Assembly (NCBI RefSeq): GCF_000406145.1
Contig: NZ_CM001976.1
Span: 13,186-45,185, forward strand
DNA: 32,000 nucleotides
Reading direction: 5' to 3'
Source: Dickeya dadantii NCPPB 898
GTDB taxonomy: Bacteria > Pseudomonadota > Gammaproteobacteria > Enterobacterales > Enterobacteriaceae
Below the pieces are notes generated by a model. That model was not told the origin of the DNA. It did no database searches and saw only the letters and a list, made by a program, of their open reading frames with translations. The stretch's first letter is position 1, and every line of letters starts with the position of its first letter. A program made the translations under genes and the position numbers. Below, in pieces: positions 30,966 through 32,000 of the stretch.

Positions 30966-32000
30966 ATGAAATCCCTGCTGGCGTTGTCACAATCTACATT
31001 GTCCTGGTTGCTGGCAATCTATATTGGCTTTTTTTTGAATCTGCCGGTTTTTTACCGGCGTGTAGATGCATTCCCGTTTTTTACTGAGAATCCGGTCGCC
31101 AAATATATTCCCCTGCTGGTGGAATCAATGGCTTGCATTCTGTTTACCTTTTTCCTGATGCGGCTTTTGTCGCTCGGCGGTCGCCGTTTTTTTCGTGTTA
31201 TGGCCTCATTGCTGGTATTAATTTCAGTGGCCGCCAGTTACTACATGACTTTTTTTAATGTCGTGATTGGCTATGGCATTATCGCCGCGGTAATGACCAC
31301 GGATATTGATTTATCCAAAGAAGTGGTCGGCCTGTTTTTTGTGCTGTGGGTAGTGGCGCTTAGTCTTCCGCCAGTGTTTCTCATTTGGAAAAACCGCCTG
31401 CAGCAAACGCTGATTGAACAATTGCGTACTTCCGGACGTCGGCGTATCGCGCTGTTGGGGCTGGTGGCGTCTGCTGCACTGGTATGGTTGCCGCTACGCT
31501 ATCTGGCTCAGATAAATACTTCGGCGGAGAAACTGTCTAATCAGGATTTGCCGAGTTACGGCGGGGTGGTGGCGCATTCTTATTTACCGGCCAACTGGTT
31601 ATCGGCATTCGGTTTGTTTGCCTATGCCCGTTATGATGAAAATCAGGATGACGACGAGCTGATTGACCCCAGCAAGCAGTTTACCTATCAGGCGCCGCCG
31701 GGCATTGACGACACTTACGTCGTCTTCATCATCGGCGAAACCACCCGCTGGGACCATATGGGGCTGCTGGGCTACGAGCGTGATACCACGCCGCAACTGG
31801 CGAAGGAAAAGAATTTGCTGGCGTTTCGCGGCCATTCCTGCGACACCTCCACCAAACTGTCGATGCGTTGCATGTTCGTGCGGGAGGGCGGCACCTCCGA
31901 TAATCCGCAACGAACGCTGCGGGAAAAAAATATCTTTGCCGTCATGAAGTCGCTGGGGTTTTCGTCTGAACTGTTCGCGATGCAGAGCGAGGTCTGGTTC
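30966..32000 (+). CDS. eptB: Kdo2-lipid A phosphoethanolamine transferase EptB, 5' partial (continues past window end)
   Basis: This is not in the ORF track because there is no stop in the window. I hand-translated 345 open codons: MKSLLALSQSTLSWLLAIYIGFFLN.PVFYRR..YYMTFFNVVIGYGIIAAVMTTDIDLSKEVVGL..DLPSYGGVVA.SYLP.NWLSA.GL.A.AR.DE......L..P.K.FTYQAP...DDTYVVFIIGETTRWDHMG..GYER.TTP.LA.EKNL.AFRG.SCDT.TKLS.RCMFVR.GG...NPQRTL.E.NIFAV.K.LGFSS.L.AMQSE.WF. It is colinear with E. coli EptB (YhjW). Confidence 0.85.
   Translation, partial: MKSLLALSQSTLSWLLAIYIGFFLNLPVFYRRVDAFPFFTENPVAKYIPLLVESMACILFTFFLMRLLSLGGRRFFRVMASLLVLISVAASYYMTFFNVVIGYGIIAAVMTTDIDLSKEVVGLFFVLWVVALSLPPVFLIWKNRLQQTLIEQLRTSGRRRIALLGLVASAALVWLPLRYLAQINTSAEKLSNQDLPSYGGVVAHSYLPANWLSAFGLFAYARYDENQDDDELIDPSKQFTYQAPPGIDDTYVVFIIGETTRWDHMGLLGYERDTTPQLAKEKNLLAFRGHSCDTSTKLSMRCMFVREGGTSDNPQRTLREKNIFAVMKSLGFSSELFAMQSEVWF

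Overview
This window is a conserved chromosomal core segment from an Enterobacterales genome. It is moderately GC-rich, and every protein aligns closely with my memory of its E. coli K-12 orthologue. The genus cannot be fixed from sequence alone; a Pectobacteriaceae-like genome such as Dickeya or Brenneria is only a guess.

Gene order:
- rrn operon end (23S 3' end, 5S rRNA, terminator)
- mobB and mobA (-)
- yihD, srkA(rdoA/yihE), dsbA (+)
- an AT-rich spacer with a perfect DnaA box, then polA (+) and Spot 42/spf (+)
- engB(yihA) (-)
- yihI, an unlisted 58-codon ORF, hemN (+)
- a yshB-like 40-codon ORF (-)
- glnG, glnL, glnA (-), with the sigma54 glnAp2 promoter and NtrC enhancer sites
- typA/bipA, yihX, dtd, yiiD (+)
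- yicH-like AsmA-family gene, xanP (-)
- recG, trmH, spoT, rpoZ, gmk (-)
- ligB (+)
- the 5' part of eptB (+), which runs off the window and is absent from the ORF track

I found no mobile elements, CRISPR array, tRNA genes, defence islands or convincing foreign DNA. I do not see a novel multi-gene system here.

The points worth a second look are small-scale:
- a 66-nt in-frame, Ser/Thr/Tyr-rich segment in the 3'-5' exonuclease domain of polA that E. coli PolA lacks
- a translationally coupled 58-aa membrane-type ORF between yihI and hemN
- a GlnZ-like glnA 3'UTR
- a repeat-containing GC-rich spacer after the rrn terminator
- a LacI/PurR-type palindrome on the xanP promoter
- a tandem 13-nt duplication at the ligB ribosome-binding site
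- a sigmaE-type promoter ahead of eptB

The many long ORFs antisense to highly expressed genes in the track are artefacts.
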